The notes: generated from the sequence alone by a model not told the origin. 64,000 nucleotides of DNA from Mobula hypostoma (GCF_963921235.1 NC_086097.1:109246001-109310000); one strand, 5' to 3'. Positions 1 to 13,009 are shown, counted from the stretch's first letter. Numbers and translations are program-made.

Positions 1-184
1 AATGGAATCTGATAAGGGAGGAACTAGATGAAGGAAAGAGATGAATAGATGGAATGAGTTTGGCAAGGAAACAAGAGAACTAGTAGATGAGGTGAGTCAT
101 TGATAGGTGGACGGAACCAGGTAGGGAATGGGAACAAAACTGGTTGTTGGGTTGGGGAGAGGTTGAGAGAACCTAGGTAGATCC

Positions 185-865
185 ATAAGATATGGGAGCA
201 GAATTCAGCCATTCAGTCTATTGAGTCTGCTCTGCCATTCAATCATGGCTGATTTATTATGCCTGTCAACCATATTCTCCTGCCTTCTCCCTGGAACTTT
301 TACCCTGATTAATCAAGAACCCATCACACTCTACCTTAAATATATCCATGCTCTCTGCTAAAGAAATTCCTCCTCATCTCTATTCTAAAGGGACACCCTT
401 GTACTCTGAGGGTCTTCCCTCTGGACCTAGAATCTCTCACTATATTACACAATGTAGGCCTTTCAATATTCGATAGATTTCAATGAGATTTTCCCCTCAT
501 TCTTCTAATCTCCAGCGAGGACAAGCCTACAGCCATCAAATGCTCCTAATCATTTCCCTTTCATTCCTGGGGTCATTTTCAATAATCTCCTCTTGACCAT
601 CTCCAATGCCAGCCCATCCTTTCTTAGATAAGGGGCTCAAAGCTGCTCACAATCCTCTCTGCAGTTGGACCAAAAGTTTATAAAGCATCAGCATTATTTT
701 CTTGCATTTATATTCTAGTCCTCGTGAAATGAATGAGAATGTTGAATTTGCCTTCCTCACCACAGACTCAGCCTGGAAGTTAACCTTCAGGGAATCCTGC
801 ATGAGGACTTCCAAGTCCCCTTGCACCTCTGATTTCTGAATTTGCTCTCCTTTCAGAAAACAGCA
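185..865 (-). mobile_element. CR1 LINE 3' fragment (degenerate ORF2 C-terminus and 3' UTR)
   Basis: Same sequence type as the better-preserved minus-strand CR1 at 36932-39300 (3' UTR 'gagcagaattcagccattc', then ORF2 tail). Confidence 0.8.
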
Positions 866-1045
866 TATGTCCTAGCTTCTTAAGTTCTCTCTTCATGACC
901 TCCTCACTTTTCATACCCATATCATGTACACCAATATGTACCAAGACTTCTAGCTGCTCACTCTCCCCCTTTAAAATGTTGTGGACCCAGTCTGAGAAGT
1001 CCCCGACCATGGCACCTGGAGGCAACATACCATCCAGGTGTCTCT
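866..1045 (-). mobile_element. CR1 ORF1 (SGNH esterase-like) fragment
   Basis: ORF 780..1028 reads LPPGAMVGD...EQLEVLVHIGVHDMG, homologous to VHIGTNNIARK in the CR1 ORF1 at 42121. Confidence 0.75.
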
Positions 1046-1059
1046 ATCAGAGGCAAACC

Positions 1060-1621
1060 CCTCCCCAGTTGTGAACATTCACATGGAGTGTTGCTACAAG
1101 AAAGCAATATATATCATCAAGGACCTTACCATCTAGGTCATGCTCCATTTTTGCTAATACCATTGGGTAAGAGCTACAGGACCTTAGGTCCTACACCACC
1201 AGGTGCGGGAATAGTTATTACCCTTTAACCATCAAGCTCCCGAACTGGCAGTTCCAAAGCTGCAAATTGCTTGGAGAGTAAATCACTCAGTCAACGATGC
1301 AGTTAACTTGTGCTTTTATTACATTCTTCAGCATGTGGACTTCTGCAACACCTATGTGAGGATCTTCTTTGCGGACTTCTTCTCTGCATTACACACTATT
1401 GTTCCAGAGTAGCTTCACAGCAAGCAAACACAGCTAGTTGTACACGACGGTGTCTGTCAGTGGATTACGCACTTCCTGACAGGAAGGAAGCAGTATGCAA
1501 GGCTGGGTTCCTACTTGTCCGATCCAATGTCTACAAACACAGAATCTCCCCAGGGCTGTGTTCTTTCACTCTTCCTATTCGTCCTTTATACAAATGGCTG
1601 CACCTCCACAGACAAATCTAA
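1060..1621 (+). mobile_element. Rex1/Babar LINE fragments (3' ORF end 1060-1250; RT piece 1440-1621)
   Basis: 1456-1618 translates to CQWITHFLTGRKQYARLG...TNTESPQGCVLSLFLFVLYTN. 1060-1250 matches the Rex1-type tail at 48345-48560. Confidence 0.7.
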
Positions 1622-1973
1622 GTGTAACCCCCTGGGAAAGGTTTCATTGTTACTGTAATGGTTTTTCTGTAGCAGCAGTGTTTGGGTTGTGAATAGCGAT
1701 AACAGGGGCTTTGGAATGTGCGCTGTCCAACGAACGGAGTGTTTTTTCTTGTTGTGTGCCTGAGAACGAGGTGATTTGGTGCTTTTGTTCAGTGGAAGAT
1801 GAAGAGAGAAGATGCCTGAAAGGAGAGCTCCCCATAATCCTTCATGGGTGCATTAGCGAGGACTATGCAAACTGGATCAGGCATTTGTTGCATAAAGAGT
1901 TCTTTAGAAATGAAACAGAGAGGGTGACTGGCCAGTAGAGAGCAAGTAGTCCATTAGTTTTGAAGCCCTAGCA

Positions 1974-2215
1974 TCACCCAGGCCAGGCAAGGAGAACAAC
2001 TGCTTGGCGCTCAGACTCAGACAGTCCAAGAGTCTGTAATAGGTGAGTTTTCAAAGTGACATATTTATCACCTGCAGGCGGGTCTTCTAGTAAACTCACC
2101 ACTCTGGCTGCAGTGGAACTACATAGTAATGCTACAACATAGTAAAATTTGGTATTGACTATGGTGATTTCCTGTGGCACAAACTGCACTACCACCTGTG
2201 CAAACCATGCCACAG
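1974..2215 (-). mobile_element. Gypsy-type LTR retrotransposon gag N-terminal fragment
   Basis: WFAQ...TKFYYVVALL...AARVVSLLEDPPAGDKYVTLKTHLLQTLGLSESER resembles metazoan Gypsy gag N-termini. Confidence 0.7.
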
Positions 2216-2374
2216 CCATAACAAAAGCCACAGCCCTTTAATTCCACTATGCACAAACCAAAAGCAGTCACCTTACACTAACATCATTACATCAGAGACT
2301 GTCTCTAAAAGTGAACAAAACAATTCAATGAGTGTTTGTGAATTATGTAGAACAGTTTCTATTATGTGTCATCG

Positions 2375-2835
2375 ATCACCCATTACATTACCCTACACCT
2401 CTATCAAATCTCCCCTCACTCTCCTATGCTTCAGGGAATTCCCCCTTTCCCTCTCATTCAGGGCTTCAAATCCTGGCAATACCCTTGTAAATTTTCCCTG
2501 TACACATTCAGTCTTATTGATATCTTTCCTGTAAGTAGGTGACCAGAACTGCACACAATCTTCCACGGTATTATACAACTTCAACATCTCAACTGCTACA
2601 TTCAGTACTCTGATGTATCAAAACCAATGTGTCATGAGCCCCATTTACAACTCTATCTACCTGTCACACCACTTTCTATATTCCCTGTTCCCTCTGTTCT
2701 ACCGCACTCCTCAGTGCCCAACTGTTCACTGTATATGTCCTATCATGGTTTCTCCTCCCAAAGTGCAATACTTATCTGCATTAAATGCCATCTACCATTT
2801 TTCCATTTGGTCTAGAGACCACTGCAAGCTTTGAT
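2375..2835 (-). mobile_element. CR1 LINE fragment
   Basis: ORF 2393..2587 CVQFWSPTYRKDI...RGDLIEV. Confidence 0.85.
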
Positions 2836-3379
2836 AGCTTTAGGGGCTTGTGACCAACATTGACGGTATTTTAGCATGGAGACTTGAGACCAGTGGTGTC
2901 CTTTTGGGATTGGTGCCACATCCACTGTTGTTTGATATTTGTAATAACAGAAACAGATCCTTCAGCCCAACTTGCCTCTGCCAGCCAAGACATCTATTTG
3001 AGTAAGCTCATTTCTCTGCATGTGGTCCATATTCCTCTGAACCTCTCCAATCAATGCATCAAGTTCTTCCAGCATTTTCTGTGTGTTGCTCGGATTTCCA
3101 GTGTCTGCAGACTTTCTCTTGTTTGTGATTGTCCCAACCTCCACCACTTCCTCTAGCAGCTCATTCTCTCTGACCACTCTCATGAAACAGTTTCAGCTCA
3201 GATCCATTTTAAATTTAAATCTTTCCCCTCTCACTTTAAACCTACTGGATGTTCTCTATTTTTGACCCTGTACCCAGGGGAAAAGTCTGTGACCTTATCT
3301 ATGTCTCTCAAATTTATGAGCTTCTATGACATCACCCTCAGCCTCCTATGCTCCAAGGGGGGGGGGGAATTCCAATCTA

Positions 3380-3680
3380 TTTGTTTCATCTAACTCCAAT
3401 CTCTCCCTACCTACACCCACCAACCACTGTTTCCCAACTCTTCTACACCCCCCGCCCCATTACAGTCCACTTATCCATCATCCCCCACCACCTGGTTCCA
3501 CCTCCCGTATCTCTCAAGCTTCTCACCCCTTTCTCCCCTCCACGCTCTGTCCTGATGCAGGGTACACACCTGAAATGTTGACCATTCCTTTCCCTCCACA
3601 GATGCTACTTGACCTGCTGAGTTCCTCCAACAATTTGCTTATTGCCCCTGGTTACAGCATCTGCAGTCACTTGGGTCTCC
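3380..3680 (+). mobile_element. Penelope-like element 3' end (pLTR remnant)
   Basis: Pyrimidine-rich tract, then 'cctgatgcaggg...gaaatgttgac...gatgctacttgacctgctgagtt', like the other PLE ends in the window. Confidence 0.65.
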
Positions 3681-4219
3681 TGTGATTATTGTTATTTGAA
3701 GGTGATCTGTGTGTCCTTGATAAATGGTTTGTCTCTGTCAACATGACCAATACCATTAATATCTATGTATGCTTAAAATAATACATTTCATGTCAGTGGA
3801 GTACAGTGTATAAGATTAAATCTACTTTTGCCTGTGTGCTCTAATGTGGCAAACCAAAGGAACTGAACTAAAATTCCTCACATCGACATATCTCTTTTTA
3901 AAAAAAAGGCTGAACTCAAGGATTTGCTAAAAAACTAATGCAGGACCACTTCTTGTTTTTCCATCATATTGTGGGGGGGGGGGGCAGGGGAAGGGAGGGC
4001 ATGGCTGAATTGTCCTGCCTGGACAAAGTAATATTAGCCTTTAGTTATTAGGACATTACATACATCAAGTATGGTAATAAACTATCCTCAAGAAAGATAA
4101 AATGGCTGTCTGTGGCTCAATGATTGGGAGCAAGATCTCATGACTGATCGACCATTGTGAGGGCCAAGCATTGACTGACAATGGAACATCCTGAAGAATA
4201 TCAAATTATTGTCTTAAGC

Positions 4220-4401
4220 CAGTGGTCCCCAAGCTCTGGGCCATGGACTGATACATTGCCGCGAAAAATGCAGGTAATTAATTAGCTTGTTTATTTCGGC
4301 TTTTTTCTTAAAGATGTGCCGGGTGCGTCCCGGCCACCGCTGCACCCCTGCATGCTTTGCAGCAATGTATCGGTCCACGGCCCGGAGGTTGGGGACCACT
4401 G
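4220..4401. mobile_element. hAT (Charlie-like) MITE
   Basis: TIRs CAGTGGTCCCCAA / TTGGGGACCACTG with longer imperfect arms; perfect 8-bp TSD TCTTAAGC at 4212-4219 and 4402-4409. Confidence 0.92.
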
Positions 4402-5119
4402 TCTTAAGCACTGAACTTCAACCAGTAGAACATCTTGAGAATGGAACTATCCTAATCCCCAAATGAATATGCCAGCAGAGTACAACGTTATCCACTAGTA
4501 TTCAGCTTATGATTGGTATGGGAATATGAGCAAAATTCTAGGCAGTAACAGGGGGCTACAAGCCAGTGTGCATATTTTTGCAACAATTTTCACAAAAATA
4601 TCAGGAAGGCTTTACCACCATACATTATTCTACAAAGAACTACTTGCATTTGCTTGTTCTAAGTTAAAAGTACATTTCATATCAAAGTATAGAACCTTGA
4701 GATTCATCTCTTTACAGGCAGCCACAAAACAAAGAAACCCATTAAGAAAAAGACTATAAACACCCAATGTGCAGAAAAAAACCAAATCATCCAAACAACA
4801 AAAGTAGCAACTAGCATTCAGAACTGAAGATGATGAGTTTCTGATGCAAGTTTTGTACATTTCATAATAGTTTTTGCTGATAAACTTAATCGTAGTATTG
4901 AAGTGAATTTAGTGAGTGCATTCCATTCTCATCCCACCCCAACATCGGAGTTTCAAAGTACCAGAGAGATGTACAGAAAAGGTGATGGTCTGCATTATGA
5001 CCATCTGAAGTGGTCCATGAGAGTGTGATGAGTTATCAATTTGGTCTGTAGTCTGTTTCAATCAACGAGAATGGCAAATATTAACAGATAGTTGAAACAA
5101 CAAAAAAAAAATCGTAATG

Positions 5120-7420
5120 TATGCCAAGATGAGGCCTCCATTAGGGTGGAGGAGCAACACCTTCTATTCCATCTGGGTAGCCTCCAACCTGATGACATGA
5201 ATATCGATTTTTCCTTCCAGTAAACAAATGCCCCCGCCCCACTTCCTCTATTCCCCACTCTGACCTTTTACCTCTTCATACCTGCCTATCACTTCCACGG
5301 GTCCCCTCCTCCTTCCCTTTCTTCTACAGTGCACTCTCCTCTCCAAGCAGATTCTTTCTTCTCCAACCCTTGACCTCTCCCACTCACTTGGTTTCACCTA
5401 TCATCTTCCACCTAGCCTCCTCCTCTGCCCACCTTTATATTACGGCATCTTCCCCTTTTCTTCTCAGTCCTGAAGGAGGGTCTTGGTCTGAAACATTGTC
5501 TATTCATATCCATAGACATTATCTGCTGAGTTCCTCCAGCATTTTGTGTGTGTTGGCAATGTAGCTAATTAATTAATGAATCCAGCAGACCGCTTACAAA
5601 ACTAACATTGAGCTATTTCAGATTCCGCTGTCTCTAATGCCAGCGGTCCTGGATGCTTACAGACTATGATCCCCGCTGCCGCCTGCTTAGACCTCAATAC
5701 CATCAGATGCCCCCAGATTACAAATCTCTCTGAATCCATCCCTGGCCCCAATGTCTCTGGATACCTCCATATCTAACATTGCCAACACCATATCAGTGAT
5801 CCCGAGCGGATTCAGAACCCCAATTCCAGTGGCACCAATACCAGTTCCAACGGCCCTGGACACCTTCAAACTGCTAAATGCACAACCTCCAACTCTGGCT
5901 GGACCTTGACCACCAGCACCTCCAGGCCGAGATTTTACACACTGCCACTGGAACTCCCACCTCCTCACTTTCCCTGAACACCCCAACCTTCCTCTCTCCT
6001 CAGACACTACCAACCCTCTTCCCCACCTTTGATCTTAGCTCTCATCCATGCCGGGTTTTCACCATTCTCTCCAACCTTCCTCTTTCTGAGGCAGAATGTT
6101 CTGTCCTCAGTAAGGGCCTCATCTCTGTTCCCCTGCACCCACACCTCAGTGAGCTCCATGCCTGCCATGAAGCCAAGCTCGTCTTCTGTCATCTCTGTGC
6201 CTACTTCTTTGGCAAGGACTCTCCAGCCCGTACTGGTGACCCCTTCTCTCATCTTCAAACCTCCACCTCTTCCAGGACAACCCGTTCTGGATCTTTTTAA
6301 ATCGCTAACTGCCGGTGTGACATCAAACATCTCAACACTCCTCTCTCCAATTCTAACTTCCTTCTCTCTGAATCCACTGCTCTCCATACTAGTCCCAATT
6401 TCACTATCAAATCTGCAGATAAGGGAGATGCTGTAGTAGTCTGGTGGGCTGACTTCTACCTTGCTGAAGCCAGGTGACAACTCTCAGACACCTCCTCTTA
6501 CTTACCCCTCAAACAGGACCCCACTAAGGAACACCAGGCCATTGTCTCCCACACCATCACCAATCTTAATCAACTATGAGGATCTCCCATCCGCCATCAC
6601 CAACCTCATAGTTCCCTCACCTCACACCTCCCTGTTCTACCTCCTACCCAAGATCCACAAACCTGCCTATCCAGGTAGTCCTACTGTTTCTGCCTGCTCC
6701 TGCGCCACTGAGCTTGTCTTCATACCTCAATTCTGTTTTACCCCCCCCCCCCCACCCCCTGGTTCAGTCCCTTCCTACCTACATCCGTGACACTTCAAAA
6801 GCTCTTGATCTTGTCAATGACCAAGTTCCCTGGCCCTAATTATTTCATTTTCACTAATAGATGTCCAGCCCCTACACACCTCCATCCCCCAACAGGACGG
6901 CCCTCAAGCTCTGTTTCTTTCTGGACAACAGACGCAACCAGTTCCCCTCCATCACCACTCTCCTCTGTCTAGTGGAACTGGTCCTCACTCTGAATAATTT
7001 CTCCTTTGGCTCCTCTCACTTCCTTCAAACCAAAGGGCACTCACATGGGTCTCAGCTATACCTGCTTTTTGTTGGCTACATGGAACAGTCCATGTTCCAA
7101 GCCTACACCAACAACACTCCCCAACTCTTCTTACGCTACATCAACTGCATTGGTGCTGCTTCCTGCACCCATGCCGAGATCACCAGCTTTGCCTCCAGCT
7201 TCCACCCTGTTCTCAAATTTATTTGATTCATTTCTGACACCTCTCTATTTCTCAATCTCTCTGTTTCTATCTCTGAAGATAGTCTATCTATTGATATCTT
7301 TTATAAACCCATTGACTCTCACAGCTATTTGGGCTATACCTCTTCCCACCCTGTCACTTGTAAAAATGCCATCCCCTTCTCTCAGTTCCACCGTCTCATC
7401 ATATCTGCTCTCAGGATGCA
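5120..7420 (+). mobile_element. Penelope-like element: upstream pLTR (5120-5560) plus degenerate RT ORF (~5600-7420), 3' truncated
   Basis: The pLTR encodes the ORF C-terminus (EEQHLLFHLGSLQPDDMNIDFS). The downstream ORF has SVLSKGL, ADKGDAVVVW, FYLLPKIHKP, LVLTLNNFSF..HFLQTKG, FLRYIN, with frameshifts. Confidence 0.88.
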
Positions 7421-7744
7421 TACAAAGTCAATAAATCAATGGAGTTACTAAAAGTAGTTATACTTGTCTAATAATTTATTCCCTAGATATTGATTAGATC
7501 TCACATTCTATATATTTCTGCACAAGTCCAGCAAAAGTTATCCAGCATCAACCTTTTAGGATTAATAGAATGGCTACATGGATGTCACAAATGACTCACA
7601 AATTTAATTTTTTTCAATCTAAGTCAAATGTATTGGAGAATACGTTGAATTTCTTTGAAAGCGGAGGTGCTGTAGAGTTGTATGAGGAAGAGCATGTCTG
7701 AAATTGTTTATTCTCTCCATAGAATGCAAGTATTATAAAAAGAT

Positions 7745-8780
7745 GCTATTGCTCATTCAGAGTTGTCTTTGAGAATGTAATGGTGAGCTGCCGATCTTAA
7801 ACAGTTGTGAAATATAAAATGCAAGTAAGTGAAGTGTTCCAGGATTTTGATCCAGTGTCAATAATCGATTAGAATCTAATGTGTGTTAATGTACAACGTA
7901 CTTGTTCCTGCAACTCACTCAAGTCCCTGATGACCTTTTCCTTCTAGAATGGCAGATTCTCTCATTTGGAAGATGGAAAGGCCTTGTTGAGTTAGTCAGT
8001 AGTGTCTCATAAATACAGAACATTGTTGCTACTGTACAGAGTAGTGAATAGTTAAAATGATCGACGTTCATTTTATCTTTTATGCTTAAAAAATATCTTC
8101 AATCCAGTTGGAACTGAGCTCTTGCAGACCCATAAAGAGAATTCCATCTTCAGGCATGTCTTAAGAGGTGTCATACAGGCTTTGGAATTCAAAAGGCTTT
8201 CTATTGGTATAGTGACATTATTCACTTAGGCTGATTTTCTGGTTGAAGGTGATGCTGAAGATGTTTATGATCAATTCAGCATTGGTGATGCTGTTGAATT
8301 TTAAGGTGAGCTAGTAAGATTCTCTTTTTGAGGCAGTCATTAACTGACATGTGAGTCATTCACACTACCCACTATATATCAGCAAAAGTTTAAATATGAG
8401 TTGTGTCTTGGTGCGTTTTTGGCATCCACTTCCTCATTATTGCTCATTCTGAGTTGTCCTTGGTAAGCAATTGGACCTGCCCAATCATCATTCACGGATG
8501 AAGATGTTAAAATTAGGTGAAACTAGGACATTTGTTCTGACAAAATTCCCTTATGGACGATCAAGTGCTGAGATAATCAGCTTCCAAAGATAACTCTTTT
8601 AAGAGAACTATGATTCCTGCAAATCGGAGGGGGGGGGAGGGAGGAGAGAATTTCCTCTTACCTTCCAGTAATATCAGCTTTCCTAGAACTGCTTGATGCT
8701 GTTTTCTTGGGCCTCACTCTTGTGCCACGGCTGGGTTTCAGCTGCTTTAGTTCATGTTTGGATCGAAATTCTTCTGAGGC
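7745..8780 (-). mobile_element. Ancient, highly decayed CR1-clade LINE fragment
   Basis: Weak recalled similarity to old elasmobranch LINE 3' regions ('tggtgagctgcc', 'gttccaggattttgatccag', 'gattctctttttgagg'); no ORF remains. Confidence 0.4.
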
Positions 8781-9597
8781 ATAGAAGAATGCAAACCTTA
8801 TACAGTATCATAACCCCTAACGATCTTATCACAAGCACAGGCATTTCCTGATATCGCATGGATGAAGATTGTCCTCTATGAAGGTAGGGATCTTAGTCTG
8901 GAGCTTCAACTGGATCGTCACCTACAGGGCATTCTTGTATTTACCCTGCCCCTACGCAGTGCTCTGCCACTATTTACAAATCATCGTTCAAGTCAACTCT
9001 GGAGTTAGAAACTGTTTCTGACGACACAGATGTCACCCGAGCCACTGAATATTTATCTGAACATACAGTAGCTTCCGAACTTTAACCTACTGAGTGTTTC
9101 AAGTTTTTATGTGAAAAGTTTTAGATCACCTGGTGAAGTAGACTTTGTGCAATGTTACTGCAGGGAGTAGGATGGAGTTATGTGAATAAAGCAGATATTA
9201 ATTCAAACATGAACCTGGCTTCAGTTCTTACTGTAAATGTAAATGTTCAGGAAGCTTGCAGTTAGCCTTCAGTTATTTTTGTAAATTGCAAGCAGTATAT
9301 TGAAATTAAGAGCATAGTCTGCAGCATAGACTAAGAGATTGCATATGCAATCGCCAAACATTAAGACAATGGTTTTCTGTTAATTGGATTGCATCAAACC
9401 AGCAATATGGCTAAATTATTTGCACTATTGTGACTTGAGTGCAAGCTGGCAGACCAGATGGATGTTGTCACTTAGCCTATCAAATATGGTCACAGGTATA
9501 GGCTATCAATACTTACCACTTCTGTGTACTCAGATACAGCCCAGACAACATCAATTTCAGATGTCTGGCTCTCTACCCTCAAAAGGTTTTAGAATAT

Positions 9598-12181
9598 TGT
9601 GGCGAGCATTTGGTCTACAAGGACAGACAAGGAGGCTCGTTGAACTCAACAACCATTTTATTGTGATAAACACAAAACAGACCGGGCACCATGACCCGGA
9701 GAGTGAACCCAACCAGTCTCATGTAGATGGAGGAGGCGACCGTCACACCCTCCCGTTATAGTCACGTATAACCCAAGCTAAAATGTAACAATAAATGAAC
9801 TGGAACTTCGCACCTTAATCCCACAAAAACAATAAACGGTGCTAGTCATTAGAAATGTGACCAATGGCTGACATGGTGCCAGCACTGCACGGCTTCCTTC
9901 CACTGCACCCGATATACCACATCGGAGATGCGGTCGAGCACCTCTCCCAGCACCTTCCAGTGGCTTCCAAGCCCGGGGGATAATCCCTTCTTCCGGGAGG
10001 GGCAGCAGACCCATACTGGAGCTCCCACCATGAACTGCTGCATTGACACCCTAGACCGGCGGCCCAGCCCCTTCTGGAACCTGGAAGCGTCGCAGCAGCG
10101 CACGAACAGCTCCATGTCCTGCCTGTACCCAGGCCAGTAGAAGCGTTCATGCAGCCTGCCCCAGCGTCTTTGTGACCCCGAAATGGCCGGGCCCCACCAG
10201 CCCGTCCACCGACAGCAGCACCGTGGCGCAGAACCCCTGGGAGACCAGCTGCAGGAGATGTCGGTCACCATCGGACAACTGCCACCACCTGAACAGCAAT
10301 CCGTCGGGGACCTCCAGCGTTCCCCACTGCGAGTACAGGGCTTTGGTCTCTGGGTCCAGGGCAGAGACCTATGCCCACTCCGGCCGTCGTCCCACACTCA
10401 GCCATTCCCTCACCCGGGCCAACATCGGATCGCTCACCTGTTCGCTGCGCACTGCTGGTCCGTGGTGGGGAGGTGGTCGCCGGCGTCACCGTCACTTGCT
10501 CCTGGTTCAGCGGTGTTGCGTTGGGCCGCTGCCGGGTGTGCTGCCCTGCCCCGGGCTGCTGTGAAACCGGTGTGGTTACTGCTCCCACTGGGACTTGTTC
10601 CCGGAGCTGCCCTGCCGGAGAGCCACGGTTTCAGCACCGAGGTAGAGTGTTGCCCCGGACACATCCACACGGGCCTCTAGTGGGACAGCAGGTCCAGGCC
10701 GATGATTCAGGACTCTCGGATGTCGGCGAGTCACACCTCGTGTCCACTGCGATGCACAACCTCTTCTTCCCTCGCATCGCCGCACAGTCACGGACCGCTG
10801 CCGTTGTCCACCGAGGCGGGGATGGCTGGTCCGTGCTGGGGAGGACACCGGGACAGATGGTAGTGATGGTTGACCCCGTGTCCACCAACATACGGCACCT
10901 GATGCCCTCCAGCACGCAGGCATCAACGTGTAAGCCTTGCTCTTCACCCAAACAGCCCGCCCGGAGGGGTTCTGCTGCTTCTGAGCTGTGGCGTGGTGCC
11001 GGGGCGGGGTCGTCCCGGGCCAAATGACCGACCTCACCGCACCGGTAGCAGAGATCATTTCATAGCCCGCGGCGCTAGTCGGACTTGTCTCACGGGCTCC
11101 TCCTCGTCACTTTCCTCCTCTGCCTCGGTGACACAAGCCCGGGCTCGCTGGTGGGGGGCGACGCTGAAACACCTTGAGAGACTAAAATTGCTTCTGCCCT
11201 CCCTCTCCGCCTCGTCCAGTGATGATGGCGACGTCAGGCGAACATGCTGCCGAAGGCGCTTTGGCATCAGCGCCTTTACAAAGGCGTGGAGGGAAAGTTC
11301 TTCCTGGGCCGCGGGAGGGAACTAGGGCCGGGGTGGCCATGCCGAGCACAGTGGCGGAGATCAGCTGCTAGTGCCCCCAGGCTTCCTCCCATACGGCGCC
11401 GTCTGCTCCACAGTTCTTCCCTCATTGCTTCCGCCAACGGCCTCTGCTCGAAACGCCGCTCCAGCATCACTACGAGGGCCCGTAGTCACGCAGCTCCGCC
11501 GGCGTTAGGTCGAGGAGGGCCCGCAGGGCATCTCGTTCCAGTGCCGGGGCACGGTGCACCGCTGTCTCGGTGGGGCTCCACCCGTTGTGCCATGCGCCAG
11601 GTGAGGTTCCGCTCTGTCCCCCGGGTTGAGGAGCCTGGGTACACTCACTCCATTGGGGCTCCCTGGGAAAGCACAATGCTCGGTTCCCAGGTCCTCCCTC
11701 CGGATCTCGTCTGCTTGAGCCCTGCCCGTGGGTGTGTGGGGAGACATACTGCTCGGTCCCTCGTCTTATTACCCGGGTTTAAGGCTCTCTGTCCGACGTC
11801 GTAGCTGTTCAATCTCCCGCATTCCATTCCTGACACCAATGTGGCGAGCATTTGGTTCATAACAACAGACGAGGAAGCTCGCTGAACTCAACAACCGTTT
11901 GATTGTGATCAACACAAACAGACTGGGCACCATGACTGGGAGAGTGAACCCAACCAGTCTCTCCAGATGGGGGAGGTGACCATCATACACCCCAGTTACA
12001 GTCAGGGTGACCCACAAATATACAAGCGATAACTGTATAACCCAAGTTAAAATGTAACAATAAATGAACTGGAACTTCCCACCGTAATCCCACAAAAGCA
12101 TTTTAACACAAGAACAATAAACAGTGCTGGTTATTAGAGATGCAGGGGCGGGCTGCCGACCACGCCTCCCAGAGTGTCACA
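9598..12181 (-). mobile_element. Non-autonomous Gypsy LTR retrotransposon (gag, PR, partial IN; no RT/RNaseH)
   Basis: LTRs 11840-12181 and 9598-~9860 (truncated); TG...CA ends; 4-bp TSD ATAT (9594-9597, 12182-12185); protease MLVDTGSTITTI; IN GHF..RLHERFYWPG..VRCCD; IN C-terminus VWVCCPSRKKGLSP..ISDVVYRVQ. Confidence 0.9.
11821..11838 (-). promoter_or_regulatory. Primer-binding site of the Gypsy element (tRNA-Leu-like)
   Basis: Minus strand TGGTGTCAGGAATGGAAT, 1 nt after the LTR CA; close to the tRNA-Leu PBS TGGTGTCAGGAGTGGGAT. Confidence 0.75.
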
Positions 12182-12503
12182 ATATTTTTGTTAATCAGCT
12201 TCTCCCAAAGGTATTTGGGCCTTCAGAGATGTCTTATCAATTACAATGTGCTTCCACTATGTATCTCAAAGGAACTGTTTATCAATCCAAAATATTGAAG
12301 TAAATGATACCACTGTAACTATTGAAACTGTATTGAATTAACTGCTGTTAGCATTGATCTTAAGGGGATAAAGATGTGATGTACCTTTGGGCTTGTGAGC
12401 CTCTACTGAGAGTGTCTCCAGAATGATGCCTGTTGTGCAGAACAAAGACTTCTACATCAGCAGCTTCAGTGTCTCTCCAATGATTCTGATCTGCCACAAC
12501 ATT

Positions 12504-12521
12504 TGGGGGCTTGTCCAGGAT
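12504..12521 (+). promoter_or_regulatory. ERV primer-binding site, tRNA-Pro type
   Basis: CA-TT-TGGGGGCTTGTCCAGGAT versus canonical Pro PBS TGGGGGCTCGTCCGGGAT; both mismatches are CpG-decay transitions. Confidence 0.88.
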
Positions 12522-13009
12522 CCATTCGTGACCCCATACTGTGGCCAGTGACTTCATCAGTCTAAGGATTTTTTAAGAGTATCACCCATAGTTAGATCTG
12601 TTTGGGTCAGTGACCATGGGATCACGGAGTATCAAAGGACACAGTCGAAAGCTGAAATAGTCGATATAAAAGTGGTGTGTCTGTGTGCTTTGTGTAAGGG
12701 ACCAGCTACCCGATAGTGCTGGGCACTTTGTTAAGACAGGCTCAGCACTCGTGAAAGTTGTTTACTGACCATTCAGGACACCAGAGGTGTGTGTATGCTC
12801 ATTTGGTGGACAATGGATTAAGTGTAGGATGGTTACTGAGAACAGTTGGGTAGAGTGGGAGATACCATTTGGGATGCCAGAGGGTGTGTATATGCTCATT
12901 CAGGGTATTTTTTGTGTCTGAATGCGTGTGGAGAAAACCTGAAAGTCAATGTCTAAGATAGGTGACAGTGCCGAAACTTTTAACTCTTTACATGAAGAGT
13001 TTACATAAA

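Larger units (their letters stand above)
9159..12501 (+). repeat. ERV 5' LTR (~755 bp: 9159-9597 plus 12186-12501), split by a Gypsy insertion
   Basis: Colinear with 25919-26905; ends in CA-TT directly before the PBS. Confidence 0.87.

Noticed and set aside
1623..1970. LTR-like segment starting TGTAAC
   Set aside because: No partner LTR, CA end, PBS or TSD could be identified.
8800..9120. Unique-looking sequence as a possible exon
   Set aside because: Only short frames, no convincing splice pair and no recognisable homology.
9850..11830. CpG island or host gene suggested by many overlapping GC-rich ORFs
   Set aside because: Fully explained by the Gypsy interior; the plus-strand ORFs are antisense shadows.
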